A stretch of 64,000 nucleotides of DNA from an uncultured delta proteobacterium (GTDB taxonomy: Bacteria > Myxococcota_A > Polyangia > Polyangiales > B10-G4), in the NCBI GenBank assembly GCA_963727445.1, contig CAVSGI010000015.1, forward strand, positions 128,001 to 192,000. The letters run 5' to 3'. Positions 50,339-61,274 of this stretch are shown piece after piece. Position 1 is the first letter of the stretch. Every line of letters starts with the position of its first letter. Both the position numbers and the translations under genes were made by a program. The notes below the pieces were generated by a model that searched no databases, had not been told where the DNA came from, and saw nothing but the letters and a program-made list of their open reading frames with translations.

Positions 50339-51310
50339 CTACGGAACGGCGCAGAGGTAGCGCGTGGTCCAGTCGGCACCGCCGCGCTGATCGATCAACG
50401 TGAAATAGAAACGCACGAGCGTGCCGTCGGCGGAGAGCTCTTCGGCGGCCGGATAACTCCACTTCACGGTCGGCGCCGGGGTCATGTCGTCGATCACCGA
50501 GAACTGCCGAATGGGCGCTCCCAACGTGGAGTAGTGGGCGAAGACGAGATCCTCGCGCATGTCGCCGGTGCTGCTGGTGTAGCTCTCGCGGTCGGCGTCG
50601 TTGCCGCTGATCCCGATCTCGTCCTGCGGCGCGTCGTTGCCCATGGTGTCGAGCCCGGTCTCCGCCGCCATCGAACGCGTCGCGAGCGGCAACTCCGCCG
50701 TCCCCGCCATGGACGCGCAGCCGGTCTGTGGTGGCTCGCTCGTCGGCTCGCTCCAGGCGCTGCCCGCGAAGGTGAAGGCATCGTCGGGGATCGACGGGTT
50801 CATGTTCGCGAGCCCGTCCCGCTCGATGTGGATCGAATAGCTCACGAGCTGCCCGCCCTGCTCGCCGCCCATGCACGAGACCTCGGGGGTCATGAGATCG
50901 ACGACCGGCGTTCCGTCGGGGCAGATCACGCCCTGAACGAGCACCTCGGCGACGTCGGCGAGGGCGGTGCTGGTGACGAGGATCGGAAAGCTCGGCGTGT
51001 CGGTGCTGGGCTCCATCTGGAACTGCAGGTCGATGGGATCGCCGGTGCAGTAGCGCACGCCGGTGGGTGTGATCGCGGCGGGGCAGACCACGAAACCCCA
51101 GCCGACGCTCGGTGCGCCCGTGGGGCTGGCGAGCTGCCAGGTGATCGTCCCCATCTCGTCGAGACGCGGCCAGGCCCGCTCGGGCTCACCATCGACCTCG
51201 AAGCGCGCGCCGAGCACGCGCGTCTTCTCGATGACCTGCACCGGCGGCAGATCGTCGATGCATCCGGAGAGGAGCGCGACCACGCCGAGGCCGATGAAGA
51301 GCCCGCGCAT
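50339..51310 (-). CDS. Lipoprotein associated with the TonB-dependent receptor
   Basis: LLSGC lipobox; TRVLGAR; C-terminal DQRGGADW; TGATG coupling. Confidence 0.75.
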   Translation of the reverse strand: MRGLFIGLGVVALLSGCIDDLPPVQVIEKTRVLGARFEVDGEPERAWPRLDEMGTITWQLASPTGAPSVGWGFVVCPAAITPTGVRYCTGDPIDLQFQMEPSTDTPSFPILVTSTALADVAEVLVQGVICPDGTPVVDLMTPEVSCMGGEQGGQLVSYSIHIERDGLANMNPSIPDDAFTFAGSAWSEPTSEPPQTGCASMAGTAELPLATRSMAAETGLDTMGNDAPQDEIGISGNDADRESYTSSTGDMREDLVFAHYSTLGAPIRQFSVIDDMTPAPTVKWSYPAAEELSADGTLVRFYFTLIDQRGGADWTTRYLCAVP

Positions 51311-53949
51311 CAGATCTCGCCCCGCACGCCCAGCGTCGGAAGGATGGGGATGCTCGGAAGGTTCACGCTCTGGGTGTAGTCGTACCCGTAGATCCGGCCC
51401 TCGGAGTTGGTGGCGTTCCAGACGTTCTGGACGTCGATGTAGAAGGCGAGAGCGAACCACTCGCTGAAGACCCACTTCTTTTCGACGCGCAGATCGAGCC
51501 GGTTGTACATCGAGGCGCGCGCGCTGTTGATCGCGCCCGGGATGGGCGTGTAGCCGATGGTGTTCGCGTTGAAGTTGCTGCCGACGAACGGCGTGTAGGG
51601 ATTGCCCGAGATCAGCCGGAGGGTGGCGCCGGCTTCCCAGCCGCGCGGGAAGCGGTAGACCGCCGCGAGCGAGAAGATGTGCGTCTGGTCGTAGTCGAAG
51701 AGGCGCCACTGGGCGCTCGGGTCGTTCGGGTGGTCGAGGCGCTCGCTGCGCATGAGCGTGTAGGAGAGAAAGCCGAACCAGTTACGGCCTGTCGGCTGCA
51801 CCCGCCCCGACACCTCGAGACCGTAGATGCGGCCCTGCCCTTCGCTCACGAAGCGCGAGCCCGTGCCGCCGAAGGTGGAGACAGCGCGGTCCCAGATGTA
51901 TTTGTAGAAGCCCTCGAGGCCGACCTTCATCCCCTCGGCCAGATCCCACTCCCAGCCGACGTCGGTGTGGAGCGCGTGCAGTGGAAGGAGGTTCGGGTTG
52001 CCGAGCTCGGGGCTCGACTCCTGAAACTCCGGCGGCTGGGTGAAGCTGCCCACGCCCGCCTTGATCCGGTGGTTGTCCCCCAGGCTCACGATGGTCACCA
52101 GGCGCGGATCGAAGGACCACCGTCGGATCTCGTCGTACCAGTCGAGCCTCAGCCCCATCACGACCTGGAGGAAGTCCCAGGGCCGGAGGTCCGCCTCCGC
52201 GTACATCGCAGGCCGATACGCGGTGCCGCTGGTTCGGATGTTCAGAGGCTGCTGCTCCTTGAACTGCCCGCCGTTGGACGGGTCCGTGCCCTCGCTCTGC
52301 TGAATGGGCGGGCCGTTGTACGTGATCGTGTACGGCGCGATGTCGATGTCGAGACCACCGATCAGCCGCACCCGTTCGGTGAGACGGCCGATCCACTCGG
52401 CGCGACCGTTCATCTGGATGATGTCGGATTGGAAGCCGAGCGCGTCGCCCACGGAGAAGTCGAGGAGCGTCGGCCCGATGGCGAACTGCACGCTCTGGTC
52501 GACATCGGGGCTGAGCTTGCGCTGCCAGCGCACGTAGGCCCGGTGGAACTGGGTCGACAGATTGAAGTTGCCGCGGATGTTGGGATCGCCCTGAGGCTGG
52601 CTGAAGATCAGCGCGAGGCGATCGCTCGAGCCGTAGACGTTGAACTTGATCTTGTCGACGTCGCTCGGCCGCCAGACCATCGTCGCCTGGTAGTCGTAGT
52701 AGACCGGGGCGGTCACGACGTCGAAGAGGTCCTTCGGGATGACGTTCTGGAAGAAGAAGTCCATGTAGCTTCGCCGCGCGGCCGCGGAGAAGGAGACGTG
52801 CTCACCCAGGGGGGCCTCGACCAGGAGCGAGGCGTCGAGGGGGAGGTTCACGTTGGCGATGGCGTGAAAGCGATCGATGGCCGGGTCGCGGGAGGTGACG
52901 TCGATCACGCCGCCGATCTTGCGGCCGTAACGCGCGGAGAAGTTGCCCGGGTAGAAGTCGATCTGATCGAGCAGCCGGGAGTTGTAGAAGCTGGTGAGGC
53001 CGCCGAAGTGGTAGAGGAGCGGCACGGGCGCGTTGTCCAGGAAGACCTGGCTCGACTGGGGGCGTGAGCCGCGGACGATGATCTGACCGCTGCCGAAGGG
53101 CGGACGCCCGACGCCCGGAAGGAGCTGGACGGTGCGGAGCGCGTCCCCGCGGGTGCCGGCGACGCTGAAGAGCTCGTCGTGGGTGATGGTGCGCCGCACG
53201 ACCTCGCGAGGCGGGGCTTCGATGCGCGCCGTGGCGCGAAACTCGAAGCCGCCCCCGAGCCCCACCAGGCGGTAGACCACCTCGGTGGCTTCACCGGCGT
53301 TGATCCGCTGGCGATCGTTCTCCTCGCCGAACTCGTCGGCGACGATGTGGATGCGATAGGTCGCGGGCGGCAGGTCGTCGAAGCGAAAGGTGCCCTGGGG
53401 GCTGACCGTCATTGTGCGCGTGACCTCGCCGTCCTCGGACTCGATCGTGACCTGAGCGCTTGTCACGGGGAGGTCGTCGCCCGCGGTGAGGATCTCGCCG
53501 GAGAGTCGACCCGGCCGCCCCGTCGTCTCGGTCGTCTGCGTCTGACCCGTCTGCGTCTCCTCCGGCGGCACCTCCACGTGACGGATCTCGAAGACGTAGC
53601 GGTAGCGTATGCGCGAGGGGATCCCGACGCCGTCGCGGCGCGCGGGCTCGAAGTGAAAGCGTTCGACCGCGGCGACCGCCGCCTCGTCGAAGCCGTGTCC
53701 GCGCGGCGTGATTACCCGCGCCTCGGTCACGTCCCCCGCGGCGTCGATGGTGACCTCGAGCTCCACCGTGGTCTCGAGCCCCTCCGCCTCGGCCGTGGGC
53801 GGATAGTCCGCCTCGACGAAGTCGACGAGCTCTGGGGGCGTCAGCACCGGCTGATGCTCCTCGCCCTCCTCCTCCGACTGCGCGGATGCAACAGGCGGCG
53901 AACCCAGGAGCGCGATCAGGCCGAAGGTGACGATCCGAAGGGCTCTCAC
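51310..53949 (-). CDS. TonB-dependent outer-membrane receptor with N-terminal TonB-C and carboxypeptidase-regulatory-like domains
   Basis: PPELVDFVEADYP..GFDEAAVAAV..FEPARRDG; plug GDALRTVQLLPGV..YHFGG..YPGNFSARYG; barrel ending LGVRGEI; start approximate. Confidence 0.9.
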   Translation of the reverse strand: MRALRIVTFGLIALLGSPPVASAQSEEEGEEHQPVLTPPELVDFVEADYPPTAEAEGLETTVELEVTIDAAGDVTEARVITPRGHGFDEAAVAAVERFHFEPARRDGVGIPSRIRYRYVFEIRHVEVPPEETQTGQTQTTETTGRPGRLSGEILTAGDDLPVTSAQVTIESEDGEVTRTMTVSPQGTFRFDDLPPATYRIHIVADEFGEENDRQRINAGEATEVVYRLVGLGGGFEFRATARIEAPPREVVRRTITHDELFSVAGTRGDALRTVQLLPGVGRPPFGSGQIIVRGSRPQSSQVFLDNAPVPLLYHFGGLTSFYNSRLLDQIDFYPGNFSARYGRKIGGVIDVTSRDPAIDRFHAIANVNLPLDASLLVEAPLGEHVSFSAAARRSYMDFFFQNVIPKDLFDVVTAPVYYDYQATMVWRPSDVDKIKFNVYGSSDRLALIFSQPQGDPNIRGNFNLSTQFHRAYVRWQRKLSPDVDQSVQFAIGPTLLDFSVGDALGFQSDIIQMNGRAEWIGRLTERVRLIGGLDIDIAPYTITYNGPPIQQSEGTDPSNGGQFKEQQPLNIRTSGTAYRPAMYAEADLRPWDFLQVVMGLRLDWYDEIRRWSFDPRLVTIVSLGDNHRIKAGVGSFTQPPEFQESSPELGNPNLLPLHALHTDVGWEWDLAEGMKVGLEGFYKYIWDRAVSTFGGTGSRFVSEGQGRIYGLEVSGRVQPTGRNWFGFLSYTLMRSERLDHPNDPSAQWRLFDYDQTHIFSLAAVYRFPRGWEAGATLRLISGNPYTPFVGSNFNANTIGYTPIPGAINSARASMYNRLDLRVEKKWVFSEWFALAFYIDVQNVWNATNSEGRIYGYDYTQSVNLPSIPILPTLGVRGEI

Positions 53950-53986
53950 CGGGGCCGATGATAGGGGCGTCACTTGGGAGGGCAAG

Positions 53987-54445
53987 CTACTCGAAGGGAA
54001 AACCCTGGACCGAAGCGACATACGTTCCGAGCGCCACGACGACGAACGCGAGGATGGCCGCGAGGGCGTAGAAGACGGCCGCGACCTGGCGCAATCGCTT
54101 CGCTTCTCGTGGCGCCGCGAAGGCCGCGACCCCGGCGCCGAGGGCGAGGGTGAGCACACCCCAGGCCAGGTGCTCCTTCGTCTCGAAGAGCATCCCCACC
54201 TCGAAGCTGCCGAGCAGGAGCGGGCGCTTCACCACCTCGCGATAGTCCTCGTAGATGAAGATGCCCATGGAGAAGGCGAGGAAGACGACAAGCGTGGTGA
54301 GACCCACCGACCAACGCATCCCCCGCGAAAGGGGACGTCCCTTTCGAAGGAGGATCGCAGGATGGATCAGCGCGACCGCGGCCAGGACGCCGAGGTGACC
54401 GTGGATGCTCTCGAGGATCCGTAGGAGGGTCACGGGAAGATCCAC
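53987..54445 (-). CDS. Hypothetical multi-pass membrane protein
   Basis: Hydrophobic helices; HGHLG, FETKEHLAW. Confidence 0.7.
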   Translation of the reverse strand: MDLPVTLLRILESIHGHLGVLAAVALIHPAILLRKGRPLSRGMRWSVGLTTLVVFLAFSMGIFIYEDYREVVKRPLLLGSFEVGMLFETKEHLAWGVLTLALGAGVAAFAAPREAKRLRQVAAVFYALAAILAFVVVALGTYVASVQGFPFE

Positions 54446-54765
54446 GCGAGGACGGCGAAGAGGGCGACCACCACGGCCACCGTCCAGGCGGCGCGGGGCC
54501 CGAGCGCCGGCAGCCGACGCGCACCGAGGGCGAGCACCACCAACGCGGCGAGGCCGCCCCAGAACGCCGCCGTGCTCGCGCGCCAGAAGTAAGCGACGTG
54601 GGTCTGGCGAAGCATCGAGAGCGGATCGACGTCGCCGGCGAGGGCGCGGTCGATCAGTCGCTGAACGATGTATGCGACCAGGGAGCCGAGACCGAAGGCG
54701 AGGCCGGCGAGCGCCTGCGTGCTCCTACGATCGTCGCCTGCGGGCCGCGCCACGGCGCGGAGCAT
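54430..54765 (-). CDS. Hypothetical membrane protein
   Basis: Three hydrophobic helices; overlaps the next gene. Confidence 0.6.
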   Translation of the reverse strand: MLRAVARPAGDDRRSTQALAGLAFGLGSLVAYIVQRLIDRALAGDVDPLSMLRQTHVAYFWRASTAAFWGGLAALVVLALGARRLPALGPRAAWTVAVVVALFAVLAWIFP

Positions 54766-54772
54766 ACGACGC

Positions 54773-55473
<701 letters not shown>

Positions 55474-55627
55474 CTGGCTGAACCTTGCACCCGCGTTGTT
55501 TCGACAGGTGTGACGCAGCGGGTGGCGGGGTGGCAACGGGTGACCCTCGCCAGATCATTGAGTTTCCGCACCCCGGCGCGGCTTCCTTTGCGCTTTCGGG
55601 GGGCTCGCGCTAGATCGTCCGCCCTCC

Positions 55628-56735
55628 ATGGCCCTCTCGAGTCGGAATCGTCGGTCTTCCAAACGTCGGCAAGTCGACACTCTTCAACGCGCTGTCTTCG
55701 GCCGCAGGCCGAGGCGGCGAACTACGCCTTCTGCACCATCGAGCCCAACGTGGGCGTGGTGCCGGTGCCCGACCCGCGCTTCGACGCGCTGGTGCAGCAG
55801 TACACGCCGAAGAAGGTGGTGCCCGCCACGGTGGAGTTCGTGGACATCGCGGGGCTCGTCAAAGGCGCGTCGAAGGGCGAGGGCAAAGGCAACGCCTTCT
55901 TGAGCCACATCCGCGACGTCGACGCGATCGCGCACGTGGTGCGGTGCTTCGAGGACGACAACATCGTGCACGTCGATGGGCGCGTGGACCCCGCGGCGGA
56001 CATCGAGACCATCGAGACCGAGCTGATCCTCAAGGATCTGGAGACGGTGCAGAAGCGCCTCGATCGCGCGCGGCGCGCGGCGAAGGGACAGGACCCGCTC
56101 GAGAAGAAGGCGGTGGTGGTCTGCGAGGCGCTCGAGAAGATCCTCGACGGCGGCGAGCTGGCGCGGCATCTACGAGCCGAACGACGTGGACGAGGCGAGC
56201 ATCGTCCGCGACATGTTCCTGCTGACGCGCAAGCCGATCTTCTACGTGGCGAACGTCTCCGAGGAGGACGCCGCGTCACCCGACGACAACGAGCGCGTGA
56301 AGGCGGTCCGGGCGATCGGCGAACGGCGCGGTGCGCCGGTGGTCACCATCTGCGCCGCGATCGAAGCGGAGATCATGCAGCTCGCGCCGGAGGAGCGCGG
56401 CGACTTCCTCGAGTCGGTGGGGCTCGAGCGAGCCCGGGCTGAACGAGGTGATCCGCACCGGCTACCGGATGCTGAACCTGATCACCTATTTCACGGCGGG
56501 CGAGCCGGAGGTGCACGCGTGGACGATCGTCGACGGCACGAAGGCGCCCCAGGCAGCCGGCAAGATCCACACGGACTTCGAGCGCGGATTCATCAAGGCC
56601 GAGGTCATCCACTGGAAGGACCTGATCGACCTCGGCAGCGAGTCCGCCGTCCGCAGCGCCGGCAAGCTGGGCATGGAAGGCAAGGAGTACGTCGTCAAAG
56701 ACGGCGACGTCATGCACTTCCGATTCAACGTGTAG
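55628..56735 (+). CDS. ychF: Redox-regulated ATPase YchF, four apparent +1 frameshifts (~55637, ~55703, ~56167, ~56430)
   Basis: [78 protein letters not shown]. Confidence 0.93.
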
Positions 56736-56743
56736 CTGAAGAC

Positions 56744-56992
56744 GCCCGGAGGGGCCGCAGGCCCCGACCCGGCCGCGAAGCGGCCGCGGGGGGCGAAGGG
56801 CCGAAGGCCCGCGAGCCCCCCGCAACGAGAACCATGCCCGGCCGCACGCGAGGACCCCGAGGGGCATCGGAGCGGTCGGGGATTCGGCGACGACAATTGA
56901 CCACAGAACCTCGAGGGTCGCGGAACGAACGGGTGCTCCCACCCGCCCGGCCCCACGACCGCCTCAACCCCTCGGGGTCCTCGCGCACGGCC
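56744..56992. repeat. Palindromic element with GAA hairpins and an 18-bp perfect inverted repeat (MITE-like)
   Basis: CGCGAGGACCCCGAGGGG at 56847-56864 and its reverse complement at 56968-56985; GGCCGC-GAA-GCGGCC hairpin. Confidence 0.7.
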
Positions 56993-57040
56993 TTACGATT
57001 TTGCGAAATGCGCGTAGCTGGAGACGTCCGAAAGGACCCC

Positions 57041-57700
57041 TCATCCAGCCGATGCAGCTGATTTGAGGTCGCTCATGTATCGACTGAAGCTCGGACAACG
57101 CTTCGCTAACACCTCGAGGTCACACTCCGAAACGATCCGAAGGCGAGTCTCCGCGTGATCCAGCTCCTCTTCGCTGAGGGCGTTGGCCAGCCTCTTCTTG
57201 GCTTCGCCACGCTTGAGGGTCTCGGGCTTGCTCGTGCCTCGCCCAAGAGACGACACGATCTCCCCGAGACATTCCCGGTCGGCCAGAAGCCAGGACTCGA
57301 ACTCCTGAACGGAGACGGCCAACACGACTTGGAGGAGAAGCGTCTCGCGGATGTCGTCCAATAGTTTTCGACGGCCGCGATCGCCATCCTGATCGATCAT
57401 CACGATTGCCAGGTGTGGTTGAAGCCGGGGATTTGCCCACGTGAGGAGCTGGCGCAGGCGAGCGGGTTTGTGGAGGTCACTTCCCACTGGCAGCCGGCCT
57501 CGCAAGCGAGCAGGGGAGTCGAACCGGACGGCATCGACATCCAGCGCGGCCAACGCCCGCCGCGTGAGGATGTGCGCCGGGCCTAGCATGCTTTCCTTCA
57601 GCGGGCTTCCCGTTGCAGGAAGGCGGGTTTGGTTCCCACGCGTTTCGCCGGGTCCCTCGGCGTACAGAACGATCCGGATTTCCTCAGCCTGGGACACCAC
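57041..57700 (-). CDS. DUF4276/TOPRIM-like protein
   Basis: IVLYAEG, VMIDQDG, AVSVQEFESWLLAD, CPSF; overlaps the ATPase gene. Confidence 0.7.
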   Translation of the reverse strand: MVSQAEEIRIVLYAEGPGETRGNQTRLPATGSPLKESMLGPAHILTRRALAALDVDAVRFDSPARLRGRLPVGSDLHKPARLRQLLTWANPRLQPHLAIVMIDQDGDRGRRKLLDDIRETLLLQVVLAVSVQEFESWLLADRECLGEIVSSLGRGTSKPETLKRGEAKKRLANALSEEELDHAETRLRIVSECDLEVLAKRCPSFSRYMSDLKSAASAG

Positions 57701-58598
57701 CGGCAGTACCGGACATCCAAAGGCTGCTCAGCGACTCCTGGTGCGCTTCATACGCTTGCTTCCAGTTTTCTGAGTCGACGTCTGCGGCCTCGATGGCAAC
57801 AGAACCGTCTGTTTCGTTTCTGGTCAAGAAGCGCACCTCGGAGGGATCCAGATGGTCCAAGAGCTCACCAGATTGCGTCGCGATCAGGATCTGAATGGGC
57901 CGAGGTCCCGTCTCGCCTGACGAAACGCCGCGCAGGAACTCGACGATCTCCCCCAACAAGAATGGGTGGAGTCCGTGCTCGGGCTCTTCGATTGCTACGA
58001 GGTCTAGTGGAAACGGGAGATGCTGAATCACGAGCAAAGCCAGCACGAGGAGCGTTCCATCCGAAACGTCGCTCGGCTCGTACCAAAGACGCTCATCCCA
58101 TCTGTCTTGAAAGACGAAACGGTGCTGCCCCGTGCCCTGGGGCCTCAGCGTTACGTCATTGACCACGGGAACCAGCTGCGAAAGCGACTGGGCGATCTCC
58201 TCTTGTGTCCTCCGCGGGAGGGTTCCGAAGACATTCGCCAGGTTGTGTCCGTTCGACGACAGGAGCTTGGCTTCCTGCAGCTGAATCGGTTGGCGAAGCA
58301 CACGGGTGTCGAGGTGGAGGTAGAGACCGCCTGGCCTGGCGCTACCCTTCTGGCCTCCGTTGGCGATTTGAATGGTCTTGGGTGCGTCCTTGCCAGACTC
58401 CAGCCATCCGATCGTGCACTTCGCTTGTGGCTCGTGGCGCCACACGCTCATTTGGTTGGCCACATGTTGTCCAGCGGCAGCCTTGAGCAACGAGCTCTTC
58501 CCGCTGGCATTCGGCCCCACGAAAGCCGTGAGGGGACCGAGGTCCACTTCCGCCTCACGAAAACAGCGGTAGTTCTGCAGCTCCAGTCGCTCCAGCAC
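57684..58598 (-). CDS. ABC-superfamily (AAA_21-like) ATPase
   Basis: LELQNYRCF, GPNASGKS, SDGT signature, VAIEEPEHGLHP, IATQS. Confidence 0.9.
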   Translation of the reverse strand: MLERLELQNYRCFREAEVDLGPLTAFVGPNASGKSSLLKAAAGQHVANQMSVWRHEPQAKCTIGWLESGKDAPKTIQIANGGQKGSARPGGLYLHLDTRVLRQPIQLQEAKLLSSNGHNLANVFGTLPRRTQEEIAQSLSQLVPVVNDVTLRPQGTGQHRFVFQDRWDERLWYEPSDVSDGTLLVLALLVIQHLPFPLDLVAIEEPEHGLHPFLLGEIVEFLRGVSSGETGPRPIQILIATQSGELLDHLDPSEVRFLTRNETDGSVAIEAADVDSENWKQAYEAHQESLSSLWMSGTAGGVPG

Positions 58599-58676
58599 AC
58601 GAGCATTCTACCACGGCGGCAAAGCGCGCCCAGTTCGTGGGGTTCCCCGACGAATGCCCATTTCACAGGAAATGGG

Positions 58677-60644
58677 TCAAGCCCGGATGCGCTTGCGGGG
58701 GACGTCGATGTTTTCTTCGCGCTCGGTCTCGGCGCGGCGGACGCGGAGTTGAACGGTGGTGCCTTCGGGGCCCCGGATGTGGGCGAAGGTTCCGGAGAAG
58801 CCGAGCTCGGTGGCGGGGAGGCCATCGACGGCGAGGATGACGTCGCCCGGGACGAGCCCCGCTTGGTCGGCGCCTCCGCCCTCGACGACGCGGCCGATGA
58901 TCAACCCCTCGTCGTGGGCGCTCAGCACGGCGCCGATACCGACCAGCTCGGTGCCCGGCTCCTCGCCCTCTTCGGTCGACGTGAGATCGATGCTCACAAA
59001 GGACGTCGCTCCCGTCGTCGCGACCCACGAGATCAGGCGGCCGTGATGATCCTGCGCGGCGGCGAAGAGGTTCTGCAGACCCGGCGGAACGCCGGTCAAA
59101 GTGAAGTGGCCATCCTCGCCGGTCACGGCGCTGGCGAAGAGCGGGACCGCGCTGCTCCCGCCGTCGCCGAGGCTCTCCTCGAGTGAGACGCGGGCGTTCG
59201 CGAGCGGCGGGCCGTCTTCGCCAGAGACCACGACACCCTCGACCGTCCCACCCCGTCCGAGAGCGATCTCGACGTCGGTCGGCGCGCCCCCCTCCGCGAG
59301 CACGGGACGCGGCTCGCTCGCGGCGTAACCGTAGGCCGTGGCCTGGACCAGATAGCTCCCCGCGGCCAGCCCGTGCACCGTGAATCCACCGTCGGCGGCG
59401 AAGGTCGTCTCCGTGGCGATCACCTCGCGCGCCAGCGGCCCGGTCTCGCGTAGCACCACGACCGTCGACGACGCGAGGGGCTCGCCGCTCTCCTCGTCGA
59501 TCACCTTCCCGGTCAAGAGCGCCTCCGGCCCGAGGGTGAGGGTGACGTCTCGTGCCGGCGCCTCCGCGTTCACGCGCGCCGTCGCGTAGTCTGGCGCGCC
59601 GGCGGTGACCAGATGAGGGCCGACGTCGACGCCTTCGATCTCGAAACGCCCGTCGTCGTCCGTCGTCGCCTCGCCGATGGGATGCAGCGCTGCCGAGGGC
59701 TCTGCGGCGTTGTCGGGTCGCGGCACCGCACGCACCGTGACCTCGGGCATGGGCGTCCCATCGTCGGTGAGGACCTGCCCGCTGATGCGCGCGGCGACCA
59801 TGCCCGGTTGCGCCTCGCCGGAGAGCGTGATGCGCAGCTGGTACGAGGCCTGCGCCCCGAAGTCGACGCGCGCACGGCCGCGACCGGCTTCCGGATGGCG
59901 CGCCTCGAGGAGCGCCCCGTCGGCGGCGTGGAAAGTGAAGGTCCCGTCGGGGCCGCTCTCCCAGGCATTGTCGCCCGGCGGCATGGAGGCGCGCTCGGCG
60001 TCGGCCTCCGAGAGCAACCGGATGCTCGCCCCCGCGACCGGCTCGCCCTCCGCGTTCACGACCAGGCCGGAGTAGGGACGATCCGGAACCAGATAGACGA
60101 CCACCCCCTCCACGCGCTCCCAGCGCTCGGGCCGGAAGGTGAGGGGGCTCGTGTCCCACTCGGGCGCGTAGGGGCGATAGCCGTCTGCGGTGACGATGGA
60201 GAGGGTGTGCTCGGCCGCCGCGCCGGCGGAGTAGTGGAACGCGCCCTCCTCGTCGGTGTGAACGGCAACGGTGCGACCCGCCGCCGCGAAGGTGAGCTCG
60301 GCGCCGGCGATGGGCGCGTTCGTCGACCACGAAAGGACGTGCCCCGCGATGACGCCGAAGCGCGCGGAGCGGTCGGTCCGCGCCGTCGCCGGGCTGAGGA
60401 TGAGTGGCGCACGATCCGTATGTTCGCGAGGGTTCGTGCCCGCGTTCTGTGGTTGTGCCTCCGACGACTCCTCTTCCGGGGGCGGCGGCTCGGCGCCACC
60501 GGGAACGACCTCGGCGCCCATGCCCGCGCCCTCCACCGACTCCTCGATCGTGTGGCTGCGATAGTAGAGAAATCCGAGCGCCATCACGACGGCGAGGAGC
60601 ACGGTGGCGGAGACGGCGCGCTTGCAATCGGGTGGCTCGCTCAT
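58677..60644 (-). CDS. Membrane-anchored carboxypeptidase-regulatory-like repeat protein with C-terminal PDZ
   Basis: Repeated G.V....G.P....V / TD..G.F units; GIGAVL..GGGADQAGLVPGDVILAVDG..IRGPEGT. Confidence 0.85.
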   Translation of the reverse strand: MSEPPDCKRAVSATVLLAVVMALGFLYYRSHTIEESVEGAGMGAEVVPGGAEPPPPEEESSEAQPQNAGTNPREHTDRAPLILSPATARTDRSARFGVIAGHVLSWSTNAPIAGAELTFAAAGRTVAVHTDEEGAFHYSAGAAAEHTLSIVTADGYRPYAPEWDTSPLTFRPERWERVEGVVVYLVPDRPYSGLVVNAEGEPVAGASIRLLSEADAERASMPPGDNAWESGPDGTFTFHAADGALLEARHPEAGRGRARVDFGAQASYQLRITLSGEAQPGMVAARISGQVLTDDGTPMPEVTVRAVPRPDNAAEPSAALHPIGEATTDDDGRFEIEGVDVGPHLVTAGAPDYATARVNAEAPARDVTLTLGPEALLTGKVIDEESGEPLASSTVVVLRETGPLAREVIATETTFAADGGFTVHGLAAGSYLVQATAYGYAASEPRPVLAEGGAPTDVEIALGRGGTVEGVVVSGEDGPPLANARVSLEESLGDGGSSAVPLFASAVTGEDGHFTLTGVPPGLQNLFAAAQDHHGRLISWVATTGATSFVSIDLTSTEEGEEPGTELVGIGAVLSAHDEGLIIGRVVEGGGADQAGLVPGDVILAVDGLPATELGFSGTFAHIRGPEGTTVQLRVRRAETEREENIDVPRKRIRA

Positions 60645-61159
60645 GTCTTCGGCACCCGCAGCTTCACGCGCACGTCGGGCTTGATCTTCAGCGTCCCCAG
60701 CATCGCCTTGTAGGGCTCGATGCCGAAGTCGGGTTGGTGCACGACGACTTCCGCCTCCCAGGTGTCGCCAGCGTCGCGAACGCGCGCGCGGATCTCGCGC
60801 GTGCGGCCGTGCAGCGTGAGGTCACCGACGACGCGCAGCGCATCGCCCTCCTCCTCGACGCGCGTCGAGCGGAACTCAATCTTCGAAAACCTCCGGGTGT
60901 CGAGGACGTCTTTTCGGATCGTGTCTTCGATCTTGCGAAAATCCGATCCGCTGAGCGCGCCCGGGTTGTCGCGCCCCGACGCGAGGCAGGTCTCGACCAC
61001 GAGCGAGGTCGGGTCGAAGGTGGCGACGACGGACCGCTCCGCCGGTGCCCCCTCGCCTTCGATCTTCAGGTCGAAACGATCGACGCGAATGCGCAGGTCG
61101 TGGGCGACCTTGGAGAGAAGGCCCTCCTTTTCGGTGAAGACGTGACAGGTCGCGGACAT
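60641..61159 (-). CDS. YceI-family lipid/polyisoprenoid-binding protein
   Basis: GLLSKVAHDL, VLDTRRFSKIEFRST, GDLTLHGRTR, DFGIEPY. Confidence 0.85.
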   Translation of the reverse strand: MSATCHVFTEKEGLLSKVAHDLRIRVDRFDLKIEGEGAPAERSVVATFDPTSLVVETCLASGRDNPGALSGSDFRKIEDTIRKDVLDTRRFSKIEFRSTRVEEEGDALRVVGDLTLHGRTREIRARVRDAGDTWEAEVVVHQPDFGIEPYKAMLGTLKIKPDVRVKLRVPKT

Positions 61160-61236
61160 CGAGGTCGCGTTCTACCATTCGACGCCATGCCGCGCTCGCT
61201 CCTGCTGGCCGCGGATCGCGGCCGTCGACCGGCGAT

Positions 61237-61274
61237 AAAAAAAGGAGGGCGGCGATCGCAGATCGCAGCCCTCC
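61237..61274 (-). terminator. Intrinsic terminator
   Basis: Minus strand GGAGGGC-U-GCGAUC / UGC / GAUCGC-C-GCCCUCC followed by U7. Confidence 0.85.

Noticed and set aside
55628..56735. Programmed frameshifting or true pseudogenisation of ychF
   Set aside because: There are no slippery sites, and neighbouring genes show the same scattered indels, so sequencing error is more parsimonious.
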